From positions 368,434 to 388,433 of the forward strand of contig CT868650.1 of assembly GCA_000165425.1 (NCBI GenBank): a stretch of DNA of 20,000 nt. The letters are read 5' to 3'. How positions within the stretch are numbered: the first letter of the stretch is position 1; every line of letters begins with the position of its first letter. The translations under genes were made by a program, and so were the position numbers. The notes under the pieces were generated by a model. It saw only the letters and a list, made by a program, of their open reading frames with translations. It did not search any database and was not told where the DNA came from. This document shows positions 1-14,844 of the stretch, piece by piece. Origin of the DNA: Paramecium tetraurelia. Its lineage: Eukaryota.

Positions 1-1253
1 TTTAAAGTATTACTGATAATAGATTCACTCTCAAGATTTCCTATTTTGATTTGTTTAATATTCATACAGGTAACATGTATTTTGCTAATCTTTCATAAGT
101 TTATTGAGTATAAAGACGATAGCATTGTCCCTATCTCTATCTCCCTGCCCTTCCTGCCCTTTATTCTGCTTAAGCCTTTGAAACTGGAGCCAATAATAAG
201 GTATCAATAGCTTTCCCTATTTGAAAGGATCTAATCTTCACATAACCACAATCAACAACATAGACAATACCATCGATTGTTATTGAAGTTTCAGCTATAT
301 TGGTAGCCAAGACTACTTTTCTATGAACAGATTTTTGAAATGCTTCAAGTTATACTTCAGGAGGCAAAGCTGAATATAGCATTTTAACATCTAATTATTT
401 TTCTTGATTTGATATTTTCATTCTCTCTATAAGAATTTCTTTAACGTCTTCAATATCTTCTTAACCTGTTAAAAATGCCAGAATATCTCCTTCAGGTTAA
501 GTAAAATGTAATTATAATATTGTGTTGACCATGGATTCCTAAATTATGAAATTCTTTACCACATAATCCTATTGCCTTATTGGAACATTGAATACATCAA
601 CTGTATGAGTTCTTGCTTCAATTATGTGAATCTAAAATGGTAAATCAAAAGTATTACTGCTTCTGTTTCTAAGTAATTTGCAAACTTCTCAATTTACATA
701 GTTGCAGACATCAAAATTACTTTCAATTATTTTCTTCTTCTGCATAAGTTTTTTAACAAACCCAATAACAAATCTGATTATACAGTCCTTTCATGAGCCT
801 CATCGATTATAATAACATCATATCGTTTTAATTATTGATCTTTATAATCCACAAAAATACCAATTATGAATTCTCTGATGAGCATACCATCAGTCAAAAA
901 TGTAATTTATGTTTCTTTACTTGTGCAATCATCAAATCTGACATTATATCCAATTAATTATCCTAATTTGGTCTATTTTTCTAATGAACATCTTTCTGCC
1001 AGAGTCATAGCTGCTACTCTAAAAATTAATGTTCAAATGACACCTTCGAGGTTGAGTGACTGCTATTTTTACATTTGGATCATTTTCATAAATATATTAA
1101 GGGATCTGTGTTGTTTTACCACAACCTGTTTCACCTGCTATAATTATCACCTAATCTAATAAATAGTAAAATGCTATTACTATCTCTTATTGATTTGATG
1201 ATTTTTTCTCTAAATTAGAATATCGGCAACTACGTTCTAAATTCATTAAGCAT
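1..1253 (-). CDS. DEAH-box ATP-dependent RNA helicase (DHX33/Dhr2/Prp43-like, short N-terminus); 3' end lies outside the window
   Basis: Ciliate-code translation from ATG at 1253: MLNEFRTQLPIFQFREKII..., [14 protein letters not shown] (motif I), TQPRRVAA (Ia), TDGMLIRE (Ib), DEAHERT (II), MSAT (III), ILAFLTGQEDIE (IV), [13 protein letters not shown] (V), QRAGRAGR (VI), PEILRVNL. Introns on the minus strand at 1156-1180, 1019-1043, 840-860, 632-657, 539-559 and 41-67. Confidence 0.95.
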
Positions 1254-1574
1254 CGCTAATTAAAAATAAATTACTTAATATAAGTATAATTTAAATAATT
1301 CAAAAATAAAAAATATTTTCGATTAATTATGATAATCAATAACCTAAAACATTAGTTGATTCTCTTCTTTACTCAACTAATCAGAATTTGCATTTAACCA
1401 TAAGGATTGTGCAAATTAAGGAGGTTAGAGTATCCTTTATAGAGCTAAATTGAATATTTTATTAAAATTGGTTAAATATAATTTATATTTTAAATAATGA
1501 GACTGCCAATTCATTTGATAAATTAAAAAACTGATGTTGATTTTAATAAATAATAAGTTTACATAATTATTTAA
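1254..1574. promoter_or_regulatory. Head-to-head intergenic region, probable bidirectional promoter
   Basis: 321 bp between the divergent ATGs of the helicase (1253, minus) and the CDPK (1575, plus), with very AT-rich flanks. Function is inferred from gene geometry only. Confidence 0.5.
1340..1437. other. Putative structured element (three-way junction / tandem hairpins) in the divergent intergenic region
   Basis: Perfect inverted repeats ATTAGTTGA(1351-1359)/TCAACTAAT(1373-1381) and AATTTGCA(1385-1392)/TGCAAATT(1410-1417), enclosed by TAACCT(1340-1345)/AGGTTA(1422-1427). No known RNA family was recognised. Confidence 0.35.
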
Positions 1575-3492
<1,918 letters not shown>

Positions 3493-3607
3493 TTATTGTT
3501 TATTATTTATGCATTGAATTATATATTACCATCAATTCATTTATCTCTAAGTCGTAAAATATAAATCTTGCTGAATTATTATTAAATATACAAAAACAAA
3601 TTATTAT

Positions 3608-5304
3608 ATGATTTTTTTTTTAATTATAATCTCTATTGATTAATTTTAAGCTATAAGAAACTTAGCCATAACATTGGGTCCTTTAACTTAATAGTCTATT
3701 ACCTATGTAATTTATTAGGATGAGCAACTTAATTAATAATTTAGCTTAAAGGAGACTCGTTGGAGCAATTGTTCTCCATTGGATTTATTATACATTAAAT
3801 CTAATGTGAATTAACAAGTTGCATATACTCCCTTAAATATAATAAACACTGGTGATAAAGATTTAATTATAGATTCTTTGAGTCTTACAACTTAAAAAGG
3901 CTAGACTATGAAGATAGCACTAAGTAAATTTTATTTAATTTTTTAGATAATACTAATAATATTGTAGTCCAGAAAAAGGGAGTTGAGATCATAAATATCC
4001 AATATTTTTGTGAGAAGAAATTAGCAAAGGAAAACTATTGGGCTGTAATTGATATTACCCTCAAAATATCCAATCAATCTCTGAAATTTTCATATTAGTA
4101 TATTTGCGATCCTAATTTCCATCCAAAAAGATTTGATTGGAGCTATTTGATTTTAATTGTAACAATGTCAACTTTTGTCCTCTTTCTAGCGAGGTAATAA
4201 AAATTAAGTGCATTTAAAATCACCTATTATGATAAATTGAATAATAAAAATGTTGTTGTGTTTTAAGGATTTCATTTAGGTTTGAAAGGGGCTATTATAT
4301 ATAATACTATATTTGCTGTAGGTGTAATTGCAGCATATGTATTTGAAAAAGCAGTAGAAGAATTAGAAGAAAATATAGTTCGATGCTTTTGCTTAATATT
4401 TGGATTTATTTTAATTAGTGAAGTGAGCTTTTCTATTTAATTTAGCTTTGTTACAAAATGAAATTTTTAAAAATACGAATCGTTTCCATCCTAAGGGCTT
4501 GCGATATCATTGGATTACTTGTAACTATTATAACTTTACATTTGTATGTAGATCTTAATGAACCTTGGATTGTATTAAAATTATTAAATATTATAGATTA
4601 GCAATTTATTAACGATCTATTTGGTTGGGACTTCAATCAAGTTATTCAAAATAACAAGCTTAAAAAATGGATTGCACTTTTTTATTCCCTGCATAATAAT
4701 GGACATCCTTTTTTCAATATATGGTAGCTTTTTTGTTCGCTATGAGTGGGATAGTCTTGTTATGAAATACTTTAATACACCTCTTACTGCTTAGTTTCCA
4801 TACTTCTATCCTATTTATAAAAAAAAATGCGGCTGGTTGTCCATCACTTCTATTTTGTTTCCTGCATTTTTCCTTGCTTATGCCCATAGAGTTGATCGAT
4901 ATAAGGATTCTATAATTTATAGATTAATATCATATATAGGTTTACAAGTTGGATTGACCTTATGGTTTACATTTTCATCTCTTTATTCTATACCTTTGCC
5001 TGTTTCATCATTTACTCTATTTCCAACAATAGGAATTAGTGCTATTATTGCATTTCAGAGAAATGAAATTAAAGTGATGTGGAATGGTGATTTTTATGAT
5101 CAAGTTTTATTAAATCCTTGGAGACATTAAATTCAAGCAGGGGAAAGAGGATCAATTCATGTCTTGAATAAAAAAGGAAACGATGAAACGGAATTACAAA
5201 ATCTTGCAGATTAAGAATCATAAAATTAATAAACTTAACTTCTAAGAATATCTAGAGGTTAAATTAAATTACACAACGAGTTATTTTAGGGATTATTGGA
5301 TTGA
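3608..5304 (+). CDS. Signal peptide peptidase-like (peptidase A22B fold) polytopic membrane protein, ~541 aa, probably catalytically inactive
   Basis: Hydrophobic N-terminus and lumenal domain followed by multiple TM segments. PWI|ISNLL, KITSLK, MDILF (YD position), LSITSILFPAFFLAYAHRVD (LGLGDIVIPG...RFD position) and RNEIKVMWNG match the SPP/SPPL layout. Introns 3924-3946, 4423-4445 and 4572-4596. TGA at 5302-5304. Confidence 0.8.
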
Positions 5305-5474
5305 TTTGTTTGTGAATTAAATGAAATTTATACTATTTATAATTTTCTAATATATAGTCCCTAATTGTAATCTTATATTCAGAATTTTACATATATTTAG
5401 GGTTAATAAATATATATATAATATTTCCTAAATTGTTTATAATAAATTAAAAACTTTAAACAACCATTATTGAA

Positions 5475-8400
5475 ATGAATTTTAGGAAAAGTCGATTAAA
5501 GTAATCCCCATTTACTGCATCCAAATTCTCTTAATCGTATTTTCAACCACTGGTTCCTAATTAAAAGACCAAAACTAAAAAATAAAGATTATAAGATTCA
5601 ATTGAAGGTTTCGTTTAAATATATGAACAATATCTTAAAATGCTTTTTGGACAAGAAATAACTTTTTAAGATGAGAGACAAACCAACCAAAGGGTGTAAT
5701 TATTCTAATAAGATGAAGATGCCTATGAAGAATTTGATTTACCAGAGACAGTAATAAGGTAAAATTTCATCGTAATTAATTATTTTTAGCCTCATAAACC
5801 CAGACATAATACCTGATGACTTTGAATATCCTCTTAAATAGGTAGAATACTTTGAACAAATTGTCAAGTCTTTAATAATTGATGAAAAATCTATACATGA
5901 CAAATTGTTCTTAAAAGCTATTGAAAATGTTTTCGCTAATTTATCAGATCGCAAATTCTACTCTTTATTTGAACTAAGAACCAGAGGTGTAGAAACATAA
6001 CCTAATTAGAATAGAAATACCCTCATTGGTTGCGGGACAGGTTAATAATTATTTCAAAGATCTCCAGATCGATCTCCCAGATCTATCATTTTGGATGATA
6101 ATCATAATTAGGAAAATAAGACAGAAGTTTTCCCAATTTATGAGAAGGCTGATTCTGTCAATAAGTTAGTTAGAAAATTTCGAAATTTTCTCAAAGATCA
6201 TGCCAGCAAAAATTAAGGGTTAGCCAATATTATTGATTTGGTATAGGTTGATCTTTAAGGCTTGTTTTATATTTCTAAAAAGGCCTACAGTTAGGGTGAA
6301 TACCTAAAAACCCAAGGAAAAGTTTGGTACAGAACGAATAATGATACATAAGATCTTTTAACCTTGACACGGAATATTCTTATAGTTTAATTTTCAAGAA
6401 AGGGATACAACGTTAAACCTGTTTTGTCAAAGGATGGTTCAAAAATTTACCTTCTGTTGTATATTCCAGAAAAATCCTTAGAAGTGGCAGCAGAAAATTT
6501 TGGTTTGTAAAAAAAATTAAGCTTTTGCTTCACTGATTTACTTTCCTTGGAACCAGTGGATAGCGAGTTTAGACCTCTGAGATTAAATGGCAGATTATGG
6601 AGACCTGATGAATATAATCTCTCACCTTATTTGATATATTTAAGACCATTGATTATTGATTAGATTTAGAGAATTAATTTCAAAAAGTTAGCAAGAGAAG
6701 CCGGACAAAGTGGATTAAATACAGAATTATTTGAGTATGAAAAATCAGAAATTTATGGAGATGAATAAGGCCCTTCAGATGAAGAGTGGACTGCTTTTTA
6801 TAAATATCTAGTGCATCTAAATAATAATGTTTAAATTCAGAGACAAAAGTTTTAAATAAATAATGATATTGCTTTAGTAATAAATGAGCAAAAAACCGCT
6901 GAATAAATCTATGCAATTAGAAATCATTAAAAATTTAAATAATTTATTTAATCTAACCCAGAGGAATAAGAAAAAATCCAAAAAATCTATGATTAAATAA
7001 GGGAACTTTCATCTCAATACAAAGCTTTACCAATATTTTCTAAGATTCCAAAAATTAAAAAAATTAAGCTGCTTCTGTAGTAATAGCTAGCTCACAATTA
7101 TTTAAATATATTTAAAGAAGCATTAAAAGTAGCGAATACCCCAAAACAATATTTGAAATCTATATGGGATAGGAACAATTATACTCCATTTGAGCTTTTT
7201 ATTCCTTTCAAAGTTCATTTTAATAATTCATCATTAAAGCAATAGGCAAAATTTCAAATAAAATGGTGTAGGTATATTAAAAATGAGAAAAATTAAATAA
7301 CTTTGTTTCCTTCTCATGAACGATTAAAACTATCATAGTCACTTATAAGTTCTTCTTTAAATTTAAATACTTTGATAAATTTGAAGCTAGTTAACAGTTT
7401 ATTTTGTTTACACGATCATTATGAATTATTCGGCCATTGTAACAGTCTCTAAGAGGCTTTAAGCGAAGATAAAGATTGTTATAAGAAAAAGCCATTTGAT
7501 CTTGCTGGAGAATGGATTTTCAATTTTAGAACCCCTTGGAATTTGCCTATTGAATAAATTTGTTCTTATTTTGGAGAAAAAATAGGTCTTTATTTCGAGT
7601 TCTCAGCTTATTATATTAAATATTATGGGTTATTATCCCTTATTGGGATAATCTATACCATATTTACATATTTATCAAAATTTTATGATGAAGATGTATT
7701 TACAGGAATTGTATCTTCTTTTTCAATTTTATTAATTCATTGGAGCTCATTTGTAACTGATTATTGGAATCAAATGCAGTTAACATTTAATATCAAATAT
7801 GGATAAAATAAAAATGCAAAAGAAAGCTTTACCCGAACAGCTTTCAAAGGTAAGCACATAAGATCAGTTGGAAATGATCAATTAAATTCTTAGGAGGCTA
7901 TTCATTCTGAGATTATTAAAAGAATAATTATTTCAGTCTCTGTTTTAATATTTTTGATTGGTTCAGACATAGGAATTATTATTGGTCTTTACTTTTTTAA
8001 TCTTTTTTTGAAAACTATATTAGATCAAGCAGGCAATGAATTTTAATGTTTGGAAGTAATAATTTCAGGGTCCTTGAATTATGGAATTTAATATTTAATA
8101 GATTCATATTACGAATAAATAGCCACAATTCTGACAGATTTTGAAAATTATCAAACCTCTCTACAATATGAAACCAGCTATATCATGAAAAAGTACACTT
8201 TATATTGGTTTTCTTAATTGTTTCCATTGATGATAGTGTGTTTTCTTCACAGTCCATTAAGTTTATATTGTTAAGAGGAGAATTGCAAATAATAGGTTTA
8301 ATACTTGTTCGGAACAACTATTTGTTGGATATTTTGTGCTTAAGTGATAAAATTTGTTAAATTATTCTTTTAAGAAAAAAAAAATTATGAATCTAACAAA

Positions 8401-11400
8401 CAATAATCTTTAAATCTAAGTTTAATTTAATTCATTTAAGAGCAGGAATAAAAAACTCCTTTTTAGAATAGTTAAGAAAAATACGGTATTATAAATGAAT
8501 ATATGGAATTCTTTTTGCTTTTGGCGCTTATTAATTTATTCGGATGTTTGTTTCCATTTAGCATAGCGCTGTTTTGGATTTGGATAATTATTTAATTTCA
8601 GATTTAAAAGTATAGATTATTATATCAAATTCAAAGACCGTGGCCTAAAGGAGATGGTTCACTTGGAATTTGGTAGGAAATTAATTAATTAATAAATTTT
8701 GTTACCCTTTTATGCAATTCAGGATTAATTTGTATTTACTATTATGGTAAATTGCAAGATTAAGTAGTATTGCTGTTTTTGCCTTTATTATTTTATAACT
8801 TTTTTGTGAAATATATAACAATGTCACTTTTTGGAGGGACTCCTACAATTTTAGAATAAATAATGAGAAGATGCCATTATTTGTTTAAAAATAATGTATA
8901 AATTACAACTAGTTTAAGCAGGGCGTTAGAAGAAAATAATAGAAATTAATTGTAACGTTGCCCGTTATATAAAATTTTTGGTTCCATCGGAACATAGAGT
9001 TCAGATAATTTCGAAACCATTAGCTCAGATAATGAAATTACAGATTATTAATTAAAAAACAGTGAAGCCATTTCAAAAAAGATTCTAAAAGAAGAGGATG
9101 AACTTTAATAAAAGTTAAATGAGTTAACGTAAAAAAGTGAAGCTCAAAATCAACTTTATACTCCTAATAATACTTAAAGAAAAATACAAACGGAAGTTTC
9201 TGAATAAATAAGTAGGACAATTTTTTCTTGCTATAAGGAGAATATGAACAGACAAGAAACATATATAAAAAAAAAATATTAATTTAAAATTAAAGAATTA
9301 ATTAAGAAAATAAACTAAGTGGAATAACTAGATTATAAATTTTTTTTAAATTATTTCTCTAAAAGAACTACAAATTATGCTTTTTAAATATAGTATAGCA
9401 ATGTTTCAGAAAAACAATTAAAAGGAGATAGAACCAGAATTTGGAGATTTTTTTTTCGTTTGATCTTATTATCCTCATACAAGTTAATTTGGAGTGATTA
9501 CAGATTTTTTCTTTGCTAATCTTACATTTAAAGAAAAAAAAAAATATTTTAAAATTTAGATTACAAAAGATTTAAAATATTAAGCTAAAGCTTTAATAGT
9601 TAACTTGAATTTTATAAGAATAAAGCAACTTTGAAGTTTAGAAGGCAATTAAAATAGTTTGGAAAGTCATTAACCCCAGAAGAAGAAAAGGAGTATGAAG
9701 AAATACTGATAAAATATCGTAATTATGTTGAAAAGAAATCTTGGTTGAGTTGCAGAAAGGTTCAGATCTTTAGATATAAAGGATTATTCTTTAGAGGATT
9801 TCGAAAATAAATTATTAAAAAACCCTCAATCAAATTTGCTTTAGAGTATTATGAAGCCATGAAAAAATTAGAAGAAGTTAAATTTGAATCAGATATTCAT
9901 AAACGATTTACTACATTAGTCCACTATTCATCAATTAATTAATACACTTTAAATTCATTTCTAGAATTGTTTGTAATGTTGGAATATGAGTAAAAATATA
10001 TTTTTATTTTTGACTAGGTAAAAGAGGATATTTGAATTCCCTTCTATTAATGGCACAATAAAGCAAAAATATTATTATCTGCAGCCTTTAAAATCTGAAA
10101 TTTACAAAAATGTTATTGATAAATCAAAAGATACATATATATTTGAATAATATTCAACAAAATTAGAGGAATATATTCTTTAATACTGCATAGATGAATG
10201 GAACTAAATTCCAAAAATTTAATTAAAGAAACATCTACATGATATTCTTTGGATTGTCTAAATTGAAGATGAAGAATATTTGATGTAGTTTTTTTAGGTA
10301 CGGCATGGTTAAAAATTAACTTTTTAATAATTTCATGATGATAACTTAGGCGTATTTTTAGCTGAGAGCAAGAATTATATAAAATTACTTAATATTCTAG
10401 ATTAAATCGATGACTTTTTCATAAAAGGATATTGCGTTTCATTATATTAGGCTAAAGATTGTAAAAGCCTCTTTTAAGTTTTACAATTTAGAAAGAAATA
10501 CTCACTCTAATACACTAATGAGGAACTTCAATAATTCCTTTTTGCAAACATTACTTTGATGATGAAGAAATAAATATAAAATGTTTCAATTTATAATTAC
10601 ATTTTGATTAAAAACTAATATATGATCTTGAACTCAATCAAAGAAAAAAAAAATTAAGTTTTATCTTTAGTTTAGATGGTGATTGAGATGATTCTTCTTA
10701 AGCCTATTGAAAATTTGTAAGAGGAGATTGGGTAGTTAGATCATCCGCTACGATATTTTCTTTTGGAAATATTATAAAATGAATAAAATCCTTAACTAAT
10801 TTTTGAATAAATTACTATTTAAAAACAATTTATTGAAATTGATTTTTAATTGGCTCCAACATCTAAAGAACATTCTTATTCATTATATATGGAAAATATG
10901 AAGCATTAAATTAATTTTCATCTAAGAATGAAATAATTTCATAGAGTGATAGTTCTAATTAATGAAGTTGAAACTTTTATAAAAACACATCATTACAACA
11001 TATCTTCTGATTTGTTAACACATTTTATAAACTAATTTTCCAAAAATTTAAATAGTTACATTTTAAAATCAAATGAAATTAAAAGAATACTAGACATTTT
11101 GTTAATATATTATTTTAAAATTTCTGCTTTGTTTGCTTTAAAAAAAGATTTTTAACCTGAAATTTTAAAGTTAATTGAAGGTTTAAAAAAAAGTAGTGCT
11201 TAGATAAGAATCATGTTTCGATAATTAAGCTTAAATGTAAAGCTTGAAAATTTATCCGAAATAGAATAACATATCATTTTAAAGAGAAGAATAAAACAAA
11301 AAAATGATGGACAATCATCGATTAGCTCCTTTGAAAGATTAAATTTAATAAATACTTTGAGAAAGAATCAAGATTATATCCTAATATTAATATAATATCA

Positions 11401-14400
11401 AACATAATTGCAAAGGTATTTAAATCAATTCCAAGCTATATAGGCTATTTAATAATATTTCAACAAAAACTTTCTTCTTGCTGGTATTCATTTCTCAGAT
11501 ATCATATAAAATTAAGAACTTCTAATCTCTCGTGACCCAACTCCAAACCTTTTAGATATTCCTCTTGATCACAGTCCTGGTTTAATTAATCTTGAACAGT
11601 CATCCCCAATTGATGATGATCATTTTATAAGTGAAGATCTTGATACCAAGATTGAAGTATTGACGGAAGGAGATAAATTATATCTGACCTAGCTGATCTA
11701 TTTTAAGTTCTTATAGATGATTAATTTATATGACAGTAAAAATGAACGCTTTCAGGATTATTATAAAGAATTTTAATAAGTAGAGGGTGTGTATGAATCA
11801 ATTTATACATTTTATTTAAATCAATTACGACTATTAAATTAAGAGAAGATCTCTAAAAATGAGTAACAATAGGAAATGAAATGTGATGTTGGCAAATATT
11901 TAGTAATTATGCAATTAAGATGGAATGATATTGGAAGAAAAAAATAGCTCTAACTAATTTAAACTGATGATGAGGACTTTATTAAATTTTAAATTATGAT
12001 GTTTTCAAATTTAAAAATTACTTTAGAAAATAGATTAATAATTTAAAATGAAATTGATAATGTGAATTACAAAAATGTTGATACATATTTCTGCATATAC
12101 TAAATCAGACTTATTTAATAAATGTTTCATCTTGATAACCTCCAACCTGTTACTCATACTTTACCCAAACACAGTTCTTACAAACATTTTAGGTAAACTA
12201 AAAAGTAAACCTAAATTGAATTACTAAAAGAGTTTCATATGAGCCTTCAAATAAAAGATGAACACTGGTTTTATCATCCAGGTTTAGAGGAGCTCTAAGT
12301 ATTTTATTATCTATCAATTTGTTTTTCATTTTCTCCCAAGCACATTGAAAATTTTCATACACAAGATAATTCATTATTTGATAAGGCAAAACTTGGAATT
12401 AAATAATTTGAACCAAATCCAAAATTTTATTGCTAAGCCTTAAAATTTGCTTAGATTAACAATGAATGTGTAGATAATTTAGTGTTTGATGCGTCTTTGG
12501 GTAAATTTCAATAATATTAGTTGTTTTGTTAGTTTTTAAATTGTAATGTTAAATTTTATTAAAAGCTTAGAAACTCATATGAATAAATTTAGGAAAACCT
12601 AAATGAAGATTGTTATTCTTCGATCTTAGTACTTGGTTTGTTGCATTCATTTCTATACATTCAACAATACGATGTTGTTGATTTAATGTATTAGTTGATA
12701 TAAAGATTGCTTTAATCTCAGGCATTTATTTTTCATAAAATTCATTAAGGATTTGAAGAAGATATGATGATTGTAGAATGCATCTTCAAAGATACTAGTA
12801 ATTATCTGCCTGCTCCCTCTAAATATCTTTTTGAGTATACAAATACCTTTTTGTATTTTGAGGATGTCAAATTTAATTCTTAGTATTTATTGTTTAACCT
12901 TATGATGAATTAAGATTATTTATTAATCTAAGAAATTATAAAAGAAAGTATTTTGTAATTGAAAAAATAGCCTTAATTAATTCGCATCATGCATTTGTTT
13001 GAATCATTGTTGGATGCAGTAAACGCAATGATCGGATATGAAGAACCAAAATAATAATATATGTATAACTTTCATTCAATTGTTAAGCTTTAGATTAAAT
13101 GATTATGCTGAAGGTACTTTAATGCACGCTCTCCTAGCTCATTTGTAATGTAAATATTACATGAATTTGATTGATTACGAAAATGCTTTAAAATATTCTG
13201 AGATAATACTTCAGTATATCAACACATATATGAAATAAGAAAAAACAATAGTGTCTTTGTTTAACAATTAACTAGTATATATTATTTAATCTTAGATTTC
13301 AGAATATAAGACAATCTCTTAACTTGATGAATTGAAGATAACGGATTACGAGTTTCTTTGTGATGAAACGATGGATTAAGATTATATTCATCTATTTAAT
13401 AAAGATCTAATAAATGAGGCAATCCTTAATCATTTAAGGATAATAATAAATATTGAATAGAATTTGCCAAACATTAATTTTCTTTTCTCTTTGCAATTAT
13501 AACTAGAAAATAAAAATCATACAAGTTATTTATAAATGATTTATGCTATGTACTTTAACTTTCTTTAGAATAATCACAATTCATAGCCTCAATCACTGTT
13601 AACAGATTAATCAAATTAAATAGAGAAAATAAAATATAGAATTAAGAATGAGGAAACAAAATAACAAGTATATTTTTCTTTGAAAATGAATCTGTTATCA
13701 GATATAACAGTAATTGATCAAAAATTAAAAGTGCTCGATTTTTAATTAGGTATTTTATAGGGAACAAAAAATGGGCTTAGTTAAAAGTTAATTATAACTT
13801 GGACTATTTTGTGTGCTTAGAATACTATAGATGGATATTCTAAAGTAATATCAATAAATAGTAATATTTTACATCCATATGTTTCAATCATGTATTTAAT
13901 ATAATGTGAGTCTTACCAAAAATTAAACCAAATTTTGAAAGCTTAAACAATGCTTGATTTAGCAGAAATTGGCTTGAAAGGCTGGTTTGATACTAATAAA
14001 CATCCTTTGAAAGGATTATTTTTTTTTTATTAAGGAAGCTAGGATAGGTGGCTTTATAATCAATTTTTAATATGTGTCCAAGAAATTCTTTGTTTAAGAG
14101 AGTTTGATAAATTTGAAATTGTCTTAATAGTTTAAGGGTTAATTTATAAGGAGAAATAACTTCTAAAGGCCTTTGATTATTATCATTCTAATTTATTAAA
14201 AAATATCACTGCTTATTTGGCAAACTATGTTTTCTCATAGATTGGTAAACATTAAAAATAACAGATTGAAAAAAAGTTCAAACCTGAAGATGCATAATTC
14301 ATTTTAGATGATCTAATTGAATCAAGTTCGATTAAATCCTTAAATGGCGTTACACACTATTTAGATGTAATTTATCTCTTTAACTAAGGCACTAGCAATA

Positions 14401-14469
14401 TTTAATGCATTTGAAACAGAACACAAATGTATTGATATTATAAGGAAAGCAATTATGGAAGATTAATGA
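5475..14469 (+). CDS. Giant anoctamin/TMEM16-like membrane protein (~2960 aa) with a long C-terminal cytoplasmic extension (degenerate kinase-like segment and helical/TPR-like region)
   Basis: Continuous TGA-free frame after removing introns 5759-5789, 9990-10017, 13063-13093 and 14367-14388. Anoctamin motifs: SKDGSKIYLLL, ERLKL, FCLHD, LPIEQICSYFGEKIGLYF (~7545-7596), LTDFENYQTSLQYE, NEYMEF (8494-8511) and QRPWPKGDGSLGIW. The TM domain spans about 7500-8830. The protein ends ...IIRKAIMEDQ* with TGA at 14467-14469. Confidence 0.88.
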
Positions 14470-14844
14470 ACCTCAAAGAAGAATGAAAATATTACATTTA
14501 ACTTTATTAACTATAAAGAAATTACTTTATAAGATTTTGTCTATTACATAATTTCTTTCAAGTGAAAGGTTCTGATTAATTATTTAATTAAGGTGACTTG
14601 CAATCCCTTTTAGTTCATGATTAAGAGCGCATTTAATAATGTTGTTACAAAAAAACTACAATAGTAGGCTCTTATTTCTCATTATGTTTAAAATAAGATA
14701 TAAATATGAAATTTTATTAAAATTTCTTTTATTACTAAATATATCAAAATTGAGACAAATTTATATATAAATATGACCAAATATGAAAAAAATAAAAAAA
14801 TTGAATTTATAGTCGTTAGTATTAAATCAGTTAATTTATAAATT

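Noticed and set aside
1329..1574. In-frame upstream ATGs (1329, 1497) that could extend the CDPK by up to 82 aa
   Set aside because: The extension has intergenic-like AT-rich composition, would leave only ~75 bp of promoter and would bury the MGSHCC acylation motif. With one stop codon, such open stretches occur by chance.
13275..13295. Possible extra 21-nt intron GTATATATTATTTAATCTTAG in the anoctamin gene
   Set aside because: It is in frame and stop-free, so it cannot be distinguished from coding sequence without transcripts. It was left out of the model.
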